From the NCBI GenBank assembly GCA_045863395.1, contig BTVJ01000003.1:96001-160000 (forward strand): a stretch of DNA of 64,000 bases. The letters are read 5' to 3'. The position numbers were made by a program, and so were the translations under genes. Under the pieces are notes generated by a model that saw nothing but the letters and a program-made list of their open reading frames with translations, had not been told where the DNA came from and searched no databases. This DNA is from Myxococcales bacterium (GTDB taxonomy: Bacteria; Myxococcota_A; UBA9042; JABWCM01; BTVJ01). Position 1 is the first letter of the stretch. The number at the start of each line of letters is the position of its first letter. Shown here one piece after another: positions 47,908-59,221 of this stretch.

Positions 47908-48701
47908 GCGCCCGCGCACTCCTCCTCGTCGCCCTGCTGTGCTCCTGCGACCATGCTCCGGAGGCCCTCCTGGGGCCGTCACGCGACCTGCGCGGCGCGC
48001 CCGCCCCCGAGCTCCCCCCTCCAGTGCTGGCCGAGTGGCCTCTCCGCACCCACGCGGACTACGACGCCCTGGAGGCGGCCTTCGAGGCGCGCGCGTCCCT
48101 CCCTGACCTGGCCTCGCTGCTGTTGGGTGTGGCCGAGCGGCGAGGGGACGACGCGCTGCTCCTCGGGCGCGTCGCGCTCCTCTGGCTGGACGGTCGCGCC
48201 GGAGAGCGCTCGCTGAAGCTGGTCTTCGACCTGGTGGACAAGGTGCGGGCCCTCGCCCCTGACGCCGCGGACACCCGGTACCTGCTCCTCGAGGTCAAGC
48301 GCGCCGTCGTGTGGGACGCCGCCGGCCGGTCGGCCTCCGTCCCGGGGGGGCAGGAGGACATCGCCCGCCGCTTCCTCGAGGATGTGGACGCGCTGCTCTC
48401 CGCGGCCCCTGACTACGTGGGGCCTGGCGGTGTGACGGCTGCCACGCTGCGTGTGGAGCGAGCCGCAGTGGCGTCGACGCTGGAGCGGGGGAGCGCCGAG
48501 TCGCCCCCAGGGGCCACTGCGGACGGCACACCCCTCGATCAGGACGAGGCCACCCTCTGGCGGTCGTGGGCCGCCTTCGTGGTCACCCTGGAGGCCTCCG
48601 GGAGCCGCAAGGCCTGCAACCTTGCTCACGACGTCCTCGCGGCCGACCCGCCGGGCGACATCGCTGCCCTCGTGCGTGCGCGCTGCCCGGGCGCCCACTA
48701 G
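47904..48701 (+). CDS. Hypothetical helical lipoprotein
   Basis: MSARALLLVALLCSC lipobox; ATGA overlap with folK. Confidence 0.6.
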   Translation: MSARALLLVALLCSCDHAPEALLGPSRDLRGAPAPELPPPVLAEWPLRTHADYDALEAAFEARASLPDLASLLLGVAERRGDDALLLGRVALLWLDGRAGERSLKLVFDLVDKVRALAPDAADTRYLLLEVKRAVVWDAAGRSASVPGGQEDIARRFLEDVDALLSAAPDYVGPGGVTAATLRVERAAVASTLERGSAESPPGATADGTPLDQDEATLWRSWAAFVVTLEASGSRKACNLAHDVLAADPPGDIAALVRARCPGAH

Positions 48702-48705
48702 CGCC

Positions 48706-49722
48706 ATGGGGAGCATCGAACGCCGCGTCCTCGGCTCGGTCATCCTGGGCGTCGTGGCCCTGGTCGGCTTTGGCATCTACGCCGATCTTCAAGAGCTCGT
48801 GGCGACCGTGTCGGGCTTCGACCCTCTCCTCGCGTTGGCTGCCCTGGCCCTGGCCGCCGGCAACTACGGTGTACGCTTCGTGCGCTGGCACTACTATCTC
48901 GGGCGCATCGGCGTGACGGTGCCGCCGGCCCGAAGCCTCGGGATCTTCCTCAGCGGCCTCTCCATGAGCGTCACCCCCGGCAAGCTGGGCGAGCTGCTCA
49001 AGTCGTGGCTGCTCAAGACCTCCTACGGGGTCCCGGTGGCGCGCAGCGCGCCCATCGTCTTCGCGGAGCGCGCCACGGACCTCATCGCGCTACTCCTGCT
49101 GTGCGCCGTCGGGGTCGCGTCCAGCCACTACGGTCTGGAGGTGATCGTCGGGTCCGCCGTGGTGGTGGTCGGCGGCATCGCGCTCCTGCTGTTCCGGCCG
49201 GTGGGCGAGCGCCTGGTCGGGGCGACGCGCCACGTCCCGGGCCTGAAGCGCCTGACGCCGAGGCTGCTCCACGCCTACGAGAGCGCGGTCGTCCTCCTCT
49301 CACCGTGGCCGCTCCTGGTGGCGGTCGCGCTGAGCGTCTTCGCGTGGTGGCTGGAGTGTGTGGCCTTCCACGTGGTGTTGGTCGGCTTCGAGGCGGCCCG
49401 CCCGGAGCTGGGAACCTCAACCTTCATCTACGCCTTTGCGACCATCGCGGGAGCGATCACCATGCTCCCGGGCGGCCTCATCGCCACGGAGGGGAGCATG
49501 ATCGCGCTCTTGCAGACGGTCTTCCTCGTGACCGACGACAAGGCCGTGGCCACGGCGGGGACACTGATCACGCGCTTCTGCACCCTCTGGTTCGCGGTCC
49601 TGGTCGGCTTCGCGGCGCTGGGGCTCCTTCGTCGGGCCATGCGGGGGGACCCGCCGCTGGGTGAGGTGCCGCCCGACGCCAAGGGCCCGTGCAGTGATAA
49701 CCTGATCCACCGAGGGCGGTGA
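48706..49722 (+). CDS. Lysylphosphatidylglycerol-synthase TM / flippase-like membrane protein
   Basis: RFVRW, SVTPGKLGE, FAERATD, LPGGLIATEG, TRFCTLW; ~8 TM helices. Confidence 0.85.
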   Translation: MGSIERRVLGSVILGVVALVGFGIYADLQELVATVSGFDPLLALAALALAAGNYGVRFVRWHYYLGRIGVTVPPARSLGIFLSGLSMSVTPGKLGELLKSWLLKTSYGVPVARSAPIVFAERATDLIALLLLCAVGVASSHYGLEVIVGSAVVVVGGIALLLFRPVGERLVGATRHVPGLKRLTPRLLHAYESAVVLLSPWPLLVAVALSVFAWWLECVAFHVVLVGFEAARPELGTSTFIYAFATIAGAITMLPGGLIATEGSMIALLQTVFLVTDDKAVATAGTLITRFCTLWFAVLVGFAALGLLRRAMRGDPPLGEVPPDAKGPCSDNLIHRGR

Positions 49723-49844
49723 TGCGCCCCGCTGGGGGGTCGACGAGACCGCAGGCAGGGCCTTGTCCTTCCAAGGTCTCGGCGGGCCGCCAGCGGGGAT
49801 GCAGCGGCGGCCGAATGGACAGGTCATCGCTGCACGGGGCCTAA

Positions 49845-50020
49845 GAGGGTGTATTCAAAATGGCCGTGCTACGCGCGCGGTCGCATCCCGCCTGGCCGCG
49901 TCGCGGGCCTCCCGACGAGGGGACGAGTACCACGAGTACGCGCCCCCTCGTCGGGAAGCCCGCTCCTTGCCATGCGGGCGCGCCCACGCGCTCGCGACGG
50001 GCCATTTTGAATACACCCTC
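49845..50020. mobile_element. Non-autonomous MITE, IS5/IS1031-like ends, 176 bp
   Basis: Perfect 21-bp TIR GAGGGTGTATTCAAAATGGCC / GGCCATTTTGAATACACCCTC, flanked by TAA on both sides (49842-44, 50021-23); interior also palindromic; no ORF. Confidence 0.85.
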
Positions 50021-50841
50021 TAAGGCGTGACGCAGATCTTCGCGACGGGTGAGCAGGTCGCGCCGTTGGGACACTCCTCGTCCGTCTCACACGGGATCTC
50101 GGCGTAGCACTTGAGGTCCGGGCCGCAGAACTTCCCCGCGCCGCAGTCCGCGTCCTCGGCGCAGCCCTCCGTCAGGTAGCAGATGCCGTCCTCGCCGCAC
50201 AGGGCCTCGCCCGGGCAGGGGCGCTCCGCCGAGCAGGTCTGGTAGCAGAGACCGTCCTTGCCGCAGATGGTGCCGCCCGGGCAGTCCGTGTCTGCCTTGC
50301 ACAGCGCCACGCAGGTGCCCGCGTCGCAGGTGGCGCCCCCCGGGCAGTCCGTGTCCTTCTCGCACCCGATGGGGGTCTTGCACGCGCCGTTGCTGCAGAA
50401 CTCGCCGTCACAGCAGTCCTTGTCCGATCCGCAGCCCGGCAGGCACTTGCCCGCGGCGCCGCACAGGGAGCCGCACGGGCACTCCTGGTCCGACGTGCAG
50501 GTGGCGCTCGCCTGGCACTCCCCGTTGGAGTTGCAGTGCTCGCCGGAGCCGCAGTCCACGTCGCCCCAGCACTCGGCGGTGTAGCAGAGGCCGTCACAGG
50601 CGCAGCGTTGGCCGCTGGGGCACCCGCCCGGCTGGCAGCCATGCGGCACGCGGCAGCAACCGGTCACGCCGGAGCAGACCATGTCCGCCGGGCAGTCGGC
50701 GGCGTGGGTGCAGGCGAGGGGGCCGACGATCATCGTGCGGTCCTCGACGGCGCAGGAGGGCCAAAGGGTTGCCCCGGCGAGCGCCAGGGAGACGAGGGCG
50801 ACGGAGCCCAGGATGGTTGCGGCGGTGGACCGGGGTGTCAT
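50020..50841 (-). CDS. Cys-rich secreted/lipoprotein with C-x-x-D-x-DC-P-x-G-x-x-C repeats
   Basis: Hydrophobic N-terminus ending WPSC; ~10 repeats such as CKADTDCPGGTIC. Confidence 0.75.
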   Translation of the reverse strand: MTPRSTAATILGSVALVSLALAGATLWPSCAVEDRTMIVGPLACTHAADCPADMVCSGVTGCCRVPHGCQPGGCPSGQRCACDGLCYTAECWGDVDCGSGEHCNSNGECQASATCTSDQECPCGSLCGAAGKCLPGCGSDKDCCDGEFCSNGACKTPIGCEKDTDCPGGATCDAGTCVALCKADTDCPGGTICGKDGLCYQTCSAERPCPGEALCGEDGICYLTEGCAEDADCGAGKFCGPDLKCYAEIPCETDEECPNGATCSPVAKICVTP

Positions 50842-50969
50842 TGTCCCTCCTGGACATGGGGGGGCGGTTCGTGCTTCCATTCCCGGCTCGCCCCCGAGCG
50901 CTCCTCGCCCGGCGGGCGCGGAGGTGAACGATGGGACGATCCTGGTGCAGCGCGCCTCTCCTGTCAATT

Positions 50970-51659
50970 GTGCGACGCGCCGGTGCGCTCGCCCTCCTGC
51001 TGCTTGGCTCGGCCTGCGGCGCCCCCTCCTCGCCGGACGGGTCCTGGGTGACGCCAGGGGCGGCCGCCCGTGTCGTCGCCAGCGCCCATGCGGCGCTTCA
51101 GCGGGGTGACCACGAGGCTGCCTATGCCCTCATCGACTTCGACGAGAAGTCCCGCCGGATGCTTGGCGAGATCTATGATGGCGGCCCCCCTGAGGAGCAG
51201 GAGCGGCTCCACCGGCACCTGCAGGGGCAGTTCTTGCGCACCTGGGAGAAGCACTGGAAGGCGCCGGAGGCGGCCGGGGAGTCCTGGTACTCCACGATGG
51301 ACTGGGTGAGCCCGGCGGAGGCCCGGGTCTACCTGACGCTGCCCGATGACCCGGAGACCGGGCGAGAGACCGTGGAGCTGACGTACATCGTCGGGGCGCG
51401 GCGTGACGGGGCGCGCATCATCGACCGGACGGTGAGCATCGGCGGCCGCGGGAGCACGACCAAGCTCTTCATCGAGCTGGTCAAGCGGAAGGCGCTCCCG
51501 GAGGACGGCGGCCCCGTCACCCTGGCTCGGGCGAACGACGCCATCGAGCGGCTCATCGACAGCATCCAGATCCAGCGCATCGTCCTCGGGCCGGAGCACG
51601 CCCGCGAGCTGAGGCAGCTCCCGGGGGACCCGGAGGCGCCGGCTCCAGAGCCCGAGTGA
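50970..51659 (+). CDS. Hypothetical lipoprotein (possibly MlaC/NTF2-like)
   Basis: MRRAGALALLLLGSAC lipobox from GTG 50970; LIDFDEKSRRMLG resembles the MlaC start; weak. Confidence 0.5.
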   Translation: MRRAGALALLLLGSACGAPSSPDGSWVTPGAAARVVASAHAALQRGDHEAAYALIDFDEKSRRMLGEIYDGGPPEEQERLHRHLQGQFLRTWEKHWKAPEAAGESWYSTMDWVSPAEARVYLTLPDDPETGRETVELTYIVGARRDGARIIDRTVSIGGRGSTTKLFIELVKRKALPEDGGPVTLARANDAIERLIDSIQIQRIVLGPEHARELRQLPGDPEAPAPEPE

Positions 51660-51714
51660 CAAGCCTGGCGACGTGGGGGCGCCGAGACGTGCCGCGACCG
51701 GGGAGGCGACCAGC

Positions 51715-53598
51715 TCACGCCCGCAGGTACAGCTCCCGCTTCCTCAGGTGTACCAGGAGCGCGCTGAGGGCGGCGGGCGTCACTCCGCTGATGCGGCTCG
51801 CCTGACCGACGCTCTCCGGGCGCACGCGGCAGAGCTTCTCCCGCACCTCGGTGGACAGCCCGCCCAGCGCCCCGTAGTCCATGTCAGCGGGGATGGTGAG
51901 GTCGTCGAGGCGCTGGAGTCGGCCTACCGCCTCGTGTTGGCGCCGGATGTAGCCGTCGTACTTGACCTGGATCTCCACCTGCTCCAGCACGTCTCGCCGC
52001 TCGTCGAGCACGTCCGGGAGCAGCGGCACGAGGGCCGCCACGGTCACCTCCGGGCGCCTGAGCAGCTCCTCGATGGGCGTCGGGCCGCGCAGCGGCGCCG
52101 TCCCCAGGGTCGCGAGCGCGCTGCTGACGGCCGGAGTGGGCCCCACGCGCTCGGAGCGGACGCGAGAGAGCAGCGCGTCGATGCGGCGCCGCTTGTCCTC
52201 GAAGGCGGCCCACGCGGCGTCTCCCACGAGCCCCACGGCTCTGCCCCGCTCCCGAAGCCGCAGGTCCGCGTTGTCCTCGCGCAGCAGGAGACGGTGCTCC
52301 GCCCGGGAGGTGAACATGCGGTACGGCTCCTCCGTGCCGTGGGTCACGAGGTCGTCCACCATGACGCCGATGTAGGCCTCGGCCCGCGACAGCGTGAACG
52401 GTCCCCCGCCTCGCACCTGCTGGACCGCGTTGATGCCAGCGAGGAGCCCCTGGGCCGCCGCCTCCTCGTAGCCGCTGGTTCCGTTGATCTGGCCCGCCAG
52501 GAACAGCCCCCCGACGGCGCGGGTCTCCAGCGTGTGGCGGAGCTGGGTGGGCTCCACGTAGTCGTACTCGACGGCGTAGCCGGGGCGCGCGATCTCGGCG
52601 CGCTCCAGACCAGGGATGCTGCGGATGAGCGCGACCTGCACGTCGAGGGGCAGGCTCGTGCTGATGCCGTTCGGGTAGACCTCCCGGGTGGACAGGCCCT
52701 CCGGCTCCAAAAACACCTGGTGGCGCCCCTTGTCGGCGAAGCGCACGACCTTGTCTTCGATGGACGGGCAGTAGCGAGGCCCCACGCCCTGGATCGCGCC
52801 CCCGTAGAGGGGAGAGCGGTGGAGGTTCTCGCGGATGATCCGGTGTGTCGCCTCGGTCGTCCACGTGGAGTAGCACGAGACCTGTGGCTGCACGATGCGG
52901 GTGCCGTGGAAGGCGAAGGGGCGTGGATCGGCGTCCCCGGGCTGCTCCTCGAGGGAGGCCCAGTCGATGGTGCGGCCGTCGAGGCGCGGCGTCGTGCCGG
53001 TCTTGAGGCGACCCATGGCGAGCCCCAGCGCAGTGAGGCTCCCCGTCAGACCGTAGGACGCCGCCTCACCGGCGCGCCCCGCCTTGACCTTCGCCTCCCC
53101 GATGTGGATGAGGCCGCCCAGGAAGGTGCCGGTGGTCACCACCACGGCGGCTGACTCGAAGCGCACCCCGAGGCTCGTGTCCACCCCACGCACCCGCCCG
53201 CCCTCGACCACCAACGCCTCGACGCTCGCCTGCTTGACCGTCAGCCCGGGCTCGCTCTCACACACCTCCCGCATGCGGGCAGCGTAGAGCTGCATGTCCG
53301 CCTGCGCCCGCGTCGCCTGCACGGCAGGCCCCTTGCCCGTGTTGAGCGTGCGGAACTGGATGCCCGTGGCGTCGATGGCGCGGGCCATCTCGCCCCCGAG
53401 CGCGTCGATCTCCTTGACCAGGTGTCCCTTGCCGAGCCCGCCGATGGCCGGGTTGCAGCTCATCCACCCGATCTTGTCGATGTTGAGGGTGAGGAGGAGC
53501 GCGGTGCACCCCATGCGGGCAGCGGCCAGGGCCGCCTCGCAGCCGGCGTGGCCGGCGCCGATGACGATGACGTCCCACCTGCGGTCGTAGGTCAACAT
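51715..53598 (-). CDS. mnmG: tRNA uridine-5-carboxymethylaminomethyl(34) synthesis enzyme
   Basis: [65 protein letters not shown]. Confidence 0.98.
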   Translation of the reverse strand: MLTYDRRWDVIVIGAGHAGCEAALAAARMGCTALLLTLNIDKIGWMSCNPAIGGLGKGHLVKEIDALGGEMARAIDATGIQFRTLNTGKGPAVQATRAQADMQLYAARMREVCESEPGLTVKQASVEALVVEGGRVRGVDTSLGVRFESAAVVVTTGTFLGGLIHIGEAKVKAGRAGEAASYGLTGSLTALGLAMGRLKTGTTPRLDGRTIDWASLEEQPGDADPRPFAFHGTRIVQPQVSCYSTWTTEATHRIIRENLHRSPLYGGAIQGVGPRYCPSIEDKVVRFADKGRHQVFLEPEGLSTREVYPNGISTSLPLDVQVALIRSIPGLERAEIARPGYAVEYDYVEPTQLRHTLETRAVGGLFLAGQINGTSGYEEAAAQGLLAGINAVQQVRGGGPFTLSRAEAYIGVMVDDLVTHGTEEPYRMFTSRAEHRLLLREDNADLRLRERGRAVGLVGDAAWAAFEDKRRRIDALLSRVRSERVGPTPAVSSALATLGTAPLRGPTPIEELLRRPEVTVAALVPLLPDVLDERRDVLEQVEIQVKYDGYIRRQHEAVGRLQRLDDLTIPADMDYGALGGLSTEVREKLCRVRPESVGQASRISGVTPAALSALLVHLRKRELYLRA

Positions 53599-53624
53599 GG
53601 GAGCATGCCTGGTAACGGGGCCGA

Positions 53625-54404
53625 CTACTTGCACTTGCCCTTGAGGTTCTTGACCCGGTCCTTGGCGACCGTCGCCTGCGGAGACTTGGACGCCTCCCGC
53701 TGGAGCAGCTCGTAGACGGCCTTCGCCTTGTCGCAGTCGTTCTGCTGGGTGAGCACCTCGCCGATGCGCAGGAGCGCCTCGGGCATGCGGGGGCTGCTCT
53801 TGTAGGTGCTGAACACCGACTGATACTCCGCCAGCGCCGCCTCCCAGGCCTTCTCTGCCAGGTAGGTCTCGCCGACGAAGAACTGGGCGTCGGCCGCCTC
53901 GATCCCCTGGGGGTAGCGGTCCAGGTACTGGCGGAAGATGGCGCGTGCCTCCTTGGACTTGCCCTGCTGCAGGCGATCCACCCCCGCCTTGTAGAGGCCG
54001 TCGGGGGTGGTGGGCAGGTTCGTGGGCAGCACCGTGATCGTGGTGCCGAACTTGCGGTCGAGAAACTCCACGACCTGCGTCACGAGCTGCGACGCCCTCT
54101 CCGACGAGAACTTCAGCTCCTCCAACGCCCCCGAATTGCGGCGGGACCGCTGGTCCACCTCGTCGACGCGCGCGAGGAGATCCGCGCCGTTCTGTTGGAG
54201 CGTCTCCTTCGCCTCTTTGAGCAGCGAGTTCAGGTTCTCGAGCCGCTGCATGTCCCGCTGCATCATCTCCTGTTGGTTCTTCTGCTCGTCCTCGATGAGC
54301 TTCACCCGCTCGACCAGCGCGTCGTACTTTCCGATGGTGACGCAGCCGGTGGCAGGGAGGGCCACTACGAGGATCCACGCCGCCACGCCAGAGGTCCGCT
54401 TCAT
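53625..54404 (-). CDS. cpoB: Tol-Pal associated TPR lipoprotein CpoB/YbgF
   Basis: Lipobox ATGC, N-terminal coiled coil, TPR region [11 protein letters not shown]...PEALLRIG; directly downstream of pal. Confidence 0.8.
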   Translation of the reverse strand: MKRTSGVAAWILVVALPATGCVTIGKYDALVERVKLIEDEQKNQQEMMQRDMQRLENLNSLLKEAKETLQQNGADLLARVDEVDQRSRRNSGALEELKFSSERASQLVTQVVEFLDRKFGTTITVLPTNLPTTPDGLYKAGVDRLQQGKSKEARAIFRQYLDRYPQGIEAADAQFFVGETYLAEKAWEAALAEYQSVFSTYKSSPRMPEALLRIGEVLTQQNDCDKAKAVYELLQREASKSPQATVAKDRVKNLKGKCK

Positions 54405-54518
54405 CTTCACTCCCCGAGTGGGTCGTTGATCGCGAGGGAGACACGGGGTGGCGCCGCCGGGGGGGGAAGACCCTCGGCTGCTCACGAGACGCCACCCCGG
54501 GCTGGCCCCCGAAACGAC

Positions 54519-54548
54519 AAAAAGGGGGCTGCCGGAAAGCAGCCCCCT
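54519..54548 (-). terminator. Rho-independent terminator after pal
   Basis: Minus strand AGGGGGCTGC-TTTCCG-GCAGCCCCCT followed by TTTT. Confidence 0.8.
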
Positions 54549-54613
54549 CTCGTCGGCCTGACACTCAGCGAGGAGAGCCGGGACGGCGCTCCTCAGAGAG
54601 ATATCCCCGGGCT

Positions 54614-55381
54614 CTACTTGAAGCTGAACTCGGCGCGGCGGTTCCGCCACCAGCAGCTCTCACTGCTCTCGGTGCAGACCGGGCGCTCCTCGCCGTAGGA
54701 CACGGTCTTGAAGCTGACGCCCGCGCCCATCTGGTTCAGGTAGTCGCGGCCGGCGCGAGCACGGCGCTCGCCGAGCGCCAGGTTGTACTCGTCCGAGCCG
54801 CGCTCGTCGCAGTGACCCTCGACCGTCACGTTCTGGCTACGCTTCTTGATGCAGTCCGCGTTGCCCGACAGCTTGGCCCGCGCGTCGCTGGTCAGGGTCG
54901 ACTCGTTGTAGTCGAAGTAGATGGTGTCCAGCGAGCAGTCCGCCAGGACGCAGCTCCCGTTGATGCACTTCTTGCCCGGGGGGCACTGCGAGTCGTCCGT
55001 GCACTCGATGTCCGGCACGCACATGCCGCCGCTGCAGATCTGGCCGGCGGGGCAGTCCTCGTTGGAGCGGCACCGTGCGCCGCACTCGCCGTAGTTGGTG
55101 CCGACGACGCGGTAGCAGCGGCCGTTCGGGCAGTCCAGGTCAGACGTACAGCAGCCGGGGGTCTGCTGGCAGGTGTAGCCCTCGCCGCAGAACTTGCAGG
55201 GGTTGGCCGCGGAGCAGTTCGAGTCGTCGGCGCAGTCCTTGCACATCTTGTTGACGCAGTACTGCCCCTTGTCCTTGCAGTGCTCGTCCTTGTCGCAGTT
55301 CGGGTACTTGGGGCCGCAACCAGCCAGGAAGAGCAGTCCTGCGCCGGCGACCAGCATGGTGCCCAGGGTGATCCGAGTCAT
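54614..55381 (-). CDS. pal: Pal/OmpA-family peptidoglycan-associated lipoprotein with Cys-rich N-terminal repeats
   Basis: Lipobox LAGC; IYFDYN, VEGHCDERGSDEYNLALGERRA, SYGEERP, NRRAEF. Confidence 0.88.
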   Translation of the reverse strand: MTRITLGTMLVAGAGLLFLAGCGPKYPNCDKDEHCKDKGQYCVNKMCKDCADDSNCSAANPCKFCGEGYTCQQTPGCCTSDLDCPNGRCYRVVGTNYGECGARCRSNEDCPAGQICSGGMCVPDIECTDDSQCPPGKKCINGSCVLADCSLDTIYFDYNESTLTSDARAKLSGNADCIKKRSQNVTVEGHCDERGSDEYNLALGERRARAGRDYLNQMGAGVSFKTVSYGEERPVCTESSESCWWRNRRAEFSFK

Positions 55382-55488
55382 CGCCTTCGTCCTCCGCCAA
55401 TGTGTTCACGTTGCATCGAAAAAAGAGCGGGCGCCGAGAGCCGGCGTGCGCTGGCCTCGACCCCCGGCCGGGTGCCAGGTTGCGCCGT

Positions 55489-55517
55489 ACAGTAGGCCAT
55501 CACGTTTTTCTTGTCAA
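55489..55517 (-). promoter_or_regulatory. Putative sigma70 promoter of pal
   Basis: TTGACA-17 bp-TACTGT. Confidence 0.6.
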
Positions 55518-55673
55518 CTACCCCCGGGTTGGCGCTGTCGTTTTTGTAACTCATCGTATCTATGGGTGAAAGTGGCCGGCCGGTCGGGCGGCTCGCGTGC
55601 GGGGAGGCGTCTTGTTGGAGGGGCGCTCGGTGGTAGAATGCACCCCCAACCGCGGACGAGGGAGTGTGGGCAC

Positions 55674-56183
55674 ATGGCGAGCATCAAGGATCAGCTCCTG
55701 AAGGCCGGGCTGGTGTCGAAGAAGGACGCGAGAAAGGCTGGAGCCGAGAAGCGTGCCGAGAGGCTCGCCCAGGGGGTGCAGGCCTCCGAGGCCGCTGCCG
55801 AGGCCGAAGCGCGCCGCCGGGCCCTCTACGATCAGAGGCTCGCGGAGCAGCAGGCTCGCGACCAGGAGCACGAGGCGCGGCAGAAGGAGGAGCAGCGGGG
55901 GCGCGACGCCCACAATCGCATGCTGAACCTGGTGAGCGCCCACGCGCTCCCGCTCCGAGGGGGGGATCGCCGCTGGCACTTCGTCTGCCGCGACGGGGTC
56001 ATCCGCTGGATCGCCGTACCCGAGGCCATCGCGCAGCGCCTGGAGGGGGGCTCGGCCGCCGTCATCGAGGATCCGCGCACGGTGGCGCGCGCCTTCATGG
56101 TCGTGGCCGCGGAGGCAGCCCAGGCGTGCAGCGAGACCAGCGCGGAGCGGGTCCTGTTCTGGAACCCGAGGGCGCGACCCTGA
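55674..56183 (+). CDS. DUF2058 (YaiL-like) family protein
   Basis: MASIKDQLLKAGLV N-terminus, coiled coil, WHFV...IAQRLEGG. Confidence 0.75.
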   Translation: MASIKDQLLKAGLVSKKDARKAGAEKRAERLAQGVQASEAAAEAEARRRALYDQRLAEQQARDQEHEARQKEEQRGRDAHNRMLNLVSAHALPLRGGDRRWHFVCRDGVIRWIAVPEAIAQRLEGGSAAVIEDPRTVARAFMVVAAEAAQACSETSAERVLFWNPRARP

Positions 56184-56361
56184 CCCCGTTCCGCTGCCAG
56201 GGCGAGCGCGGGATGCGCTCCCTGGCTTGCTCCCGCCCACCGAGCGATGTAGCGTACCGCGCCGCGCCAGCGGGGGGGCATCGGTGCCCGGGACTGGGAA
56301 GGCGACAGGACGGCACACCAGGGGCCTCGCCGTCAGTGGGGCAAAGGAGAGGGACGGCTTC

Positions 56362-57846
56362 GTGAAGGTCGCGGTGGACAAGGAGCTGGGGCGGCGCATC
56401 CTGCGCCTCGCATCGCCGGTCATGCTGGCGATGCTCACCCAGACGGCGCTGAACCTGGTCGACACCATCATGGTGGGGTGGCTGCCTGCCAACTACTCCA
56501 TCGCGGGTCAGAGCGCCATCGCCTACTCCCTGATCCTGCTGTGGGCCGTGGGGGGGTTCCTGTCGTCGATCCAGGTCGGAACGCAGGCGATCACGGCCCG
56601 CCGGTTCGGCGAAGGACGCCGGGAGCTCGCGGGGCGTGCCCTGACGAACTCCCTCGTGCTGTCGTTCACCAGCGGCACCGCCCTGTCCATCGTGTTCTAC
56701 CTGCTGATGTACAAGATCTTCCCGTTCTTCAGCAGCAACCCGAGCGTGGTCCAGCTTGGTACCGAGTACGCCGAGTATCGCATGCTCGGCGTGCTCTCCA
56801 TGGTCGCGACGGTCAGCTACAAGAGCTTCTACGACGGCATCGGGGCGACCCACGTGCACATGGTCGCCGCAATCGTCATGAACGTCGCCAACCTGATCCT
56901 CAACTACGTGCTGATCTTCGGCATCGGGCCCTTCCCGCAGATGAACGTGGCCGGCGCGGGCCTGGGCAGCCTGATCAGCACGTACATCGGGCTCGCGGTG
57001 ATGATCGGGTGGAGCTTCATCCCGCGCACGGTCCGGTCCTACCGTTACTATCGTCGCGCCAACCTGAACCTGTCCGTCACCTGGGAGATCATCCGCCTGT
57101 CGGTGCCGAGCGGTCTCGCGACGGTGTTCGTGATGAGCGGCTTCGGCATCTTCCTCAAGATCGTCGGGATGCTGGACTCCAGGGCCTCACTGGACGCCCT
57201 CGCCGGTGTCCCCTCCTACACTGAGGGCGCCGTCGCCGCGCTCCAGTCCGTCACCATGATCCCTGCCGTGAGCGACCCGTACCTCCACGTGGCGCTCAAC
57301 CGCCCGCCCGTGTTCACCGCCGCGACCAAGGTGATCATGGACATCCTCTCCATCTCGTTCATGACGATGATCGCCTTCGGGACCGCCACCGCCACGCTCG
57401 TGGGCCAGAGCCTGGGGGAGCGCAAGCCCGACCTGGCGGAGCGCTTCGGCTGGGAGTCGGCGAAGATCGGCTCCTACCTCATGTGCGTCACGGGGGCATT
57501 CGCCATCCTGATCCCCGACGTGCTCATCGGGCTGTTCAACCCCGACCCGCAGGTCATCGACGCGGGGCGCAACGCGCTGCGCCTCATGGGCATCGGCGAG
57601 GTGTTCGTCGCCATCGGGATGGTGTTCGCCCAGGCGCTCTTCGGCGCGGGGAACAGCAAGTTCGTGATGTGGGCCGAGATGGTGCTCCACTTCGTGTGCC
57701 TCATCCCGCTCAGCTATCTCTTCGGCATCGTGCTCGACTGGGGGCTCGTCGGCGTGTGGGGCGCCGCGCTGCTCTACATCGTGCTGTTGGCCATCGTCAT
57801 GGCCTGGAAGTTCTCGCGGGGCGAGTGGAAGCACATCCACCTGTGA
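56362..57846 (+). CDS. MATE family efflux transporter
   Basis: ILRLASP, VDTIMVG, NLILNYVLIFG, AGAGLGS, ATATLVGQSLG, WGLVGVW. Confidence 0.92.
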   Translation: MKVAVDKELGRRILRLASPVMLAMLTQTALNLVDTIMVGWLPANYSIAGQSAIAYSLILLWAVGGFLSSIQVGTQAITARRFGEGRRELAGRALTNSLVLSFTSGTALSIVFYLLMYKIFPFFSSNPSVVQLGTEYAEYRMLGVLSMVATVSYKSFYDGIGATHVHMVAAIVMNVANLILNYVLIFGIGPFPQMNVAGAGLGSLISTYIGLAVMIGWSFIPRTVRSYRYYRRANLNLSVTWEIIRLSVPSGLATVFVMSGFGIFLKIVGMLDSRASLDALAGVPSYTEGAVAALQSVTMIPAVSDPYLHVALNRPPVFTAATKVIMDILSISFMTMIAFGTATATLVGQSLGERKPDLAERFGWESAKIGSYLMCVTGAFAILIPDVLIGLFNPDPQVIDAGRNALRLMGIGEVFVAIGMVFAQALFGAGNSKFVMWAEMVLHFVCLIPLSYLFGIVLDWGLVGVWGAALLYIVLLAIVMAWKFSRGEWKHIHL

Positions 57847-57850
57847 GCCT

Positions 57851-59218
<1,368 letters not shown>

Positions 59219-59221
59219 CGG

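Noticed and set aside
56280..56375. ACTGGGAAGGC and GAGGGACGGC fragments resembling cobalamin or SAM-I riboswitch pieces upstream of MATE
   Set aside because: Other conserved elements (B12 box, GCAACC, P1) not found; the second fragment overlaps the RBS
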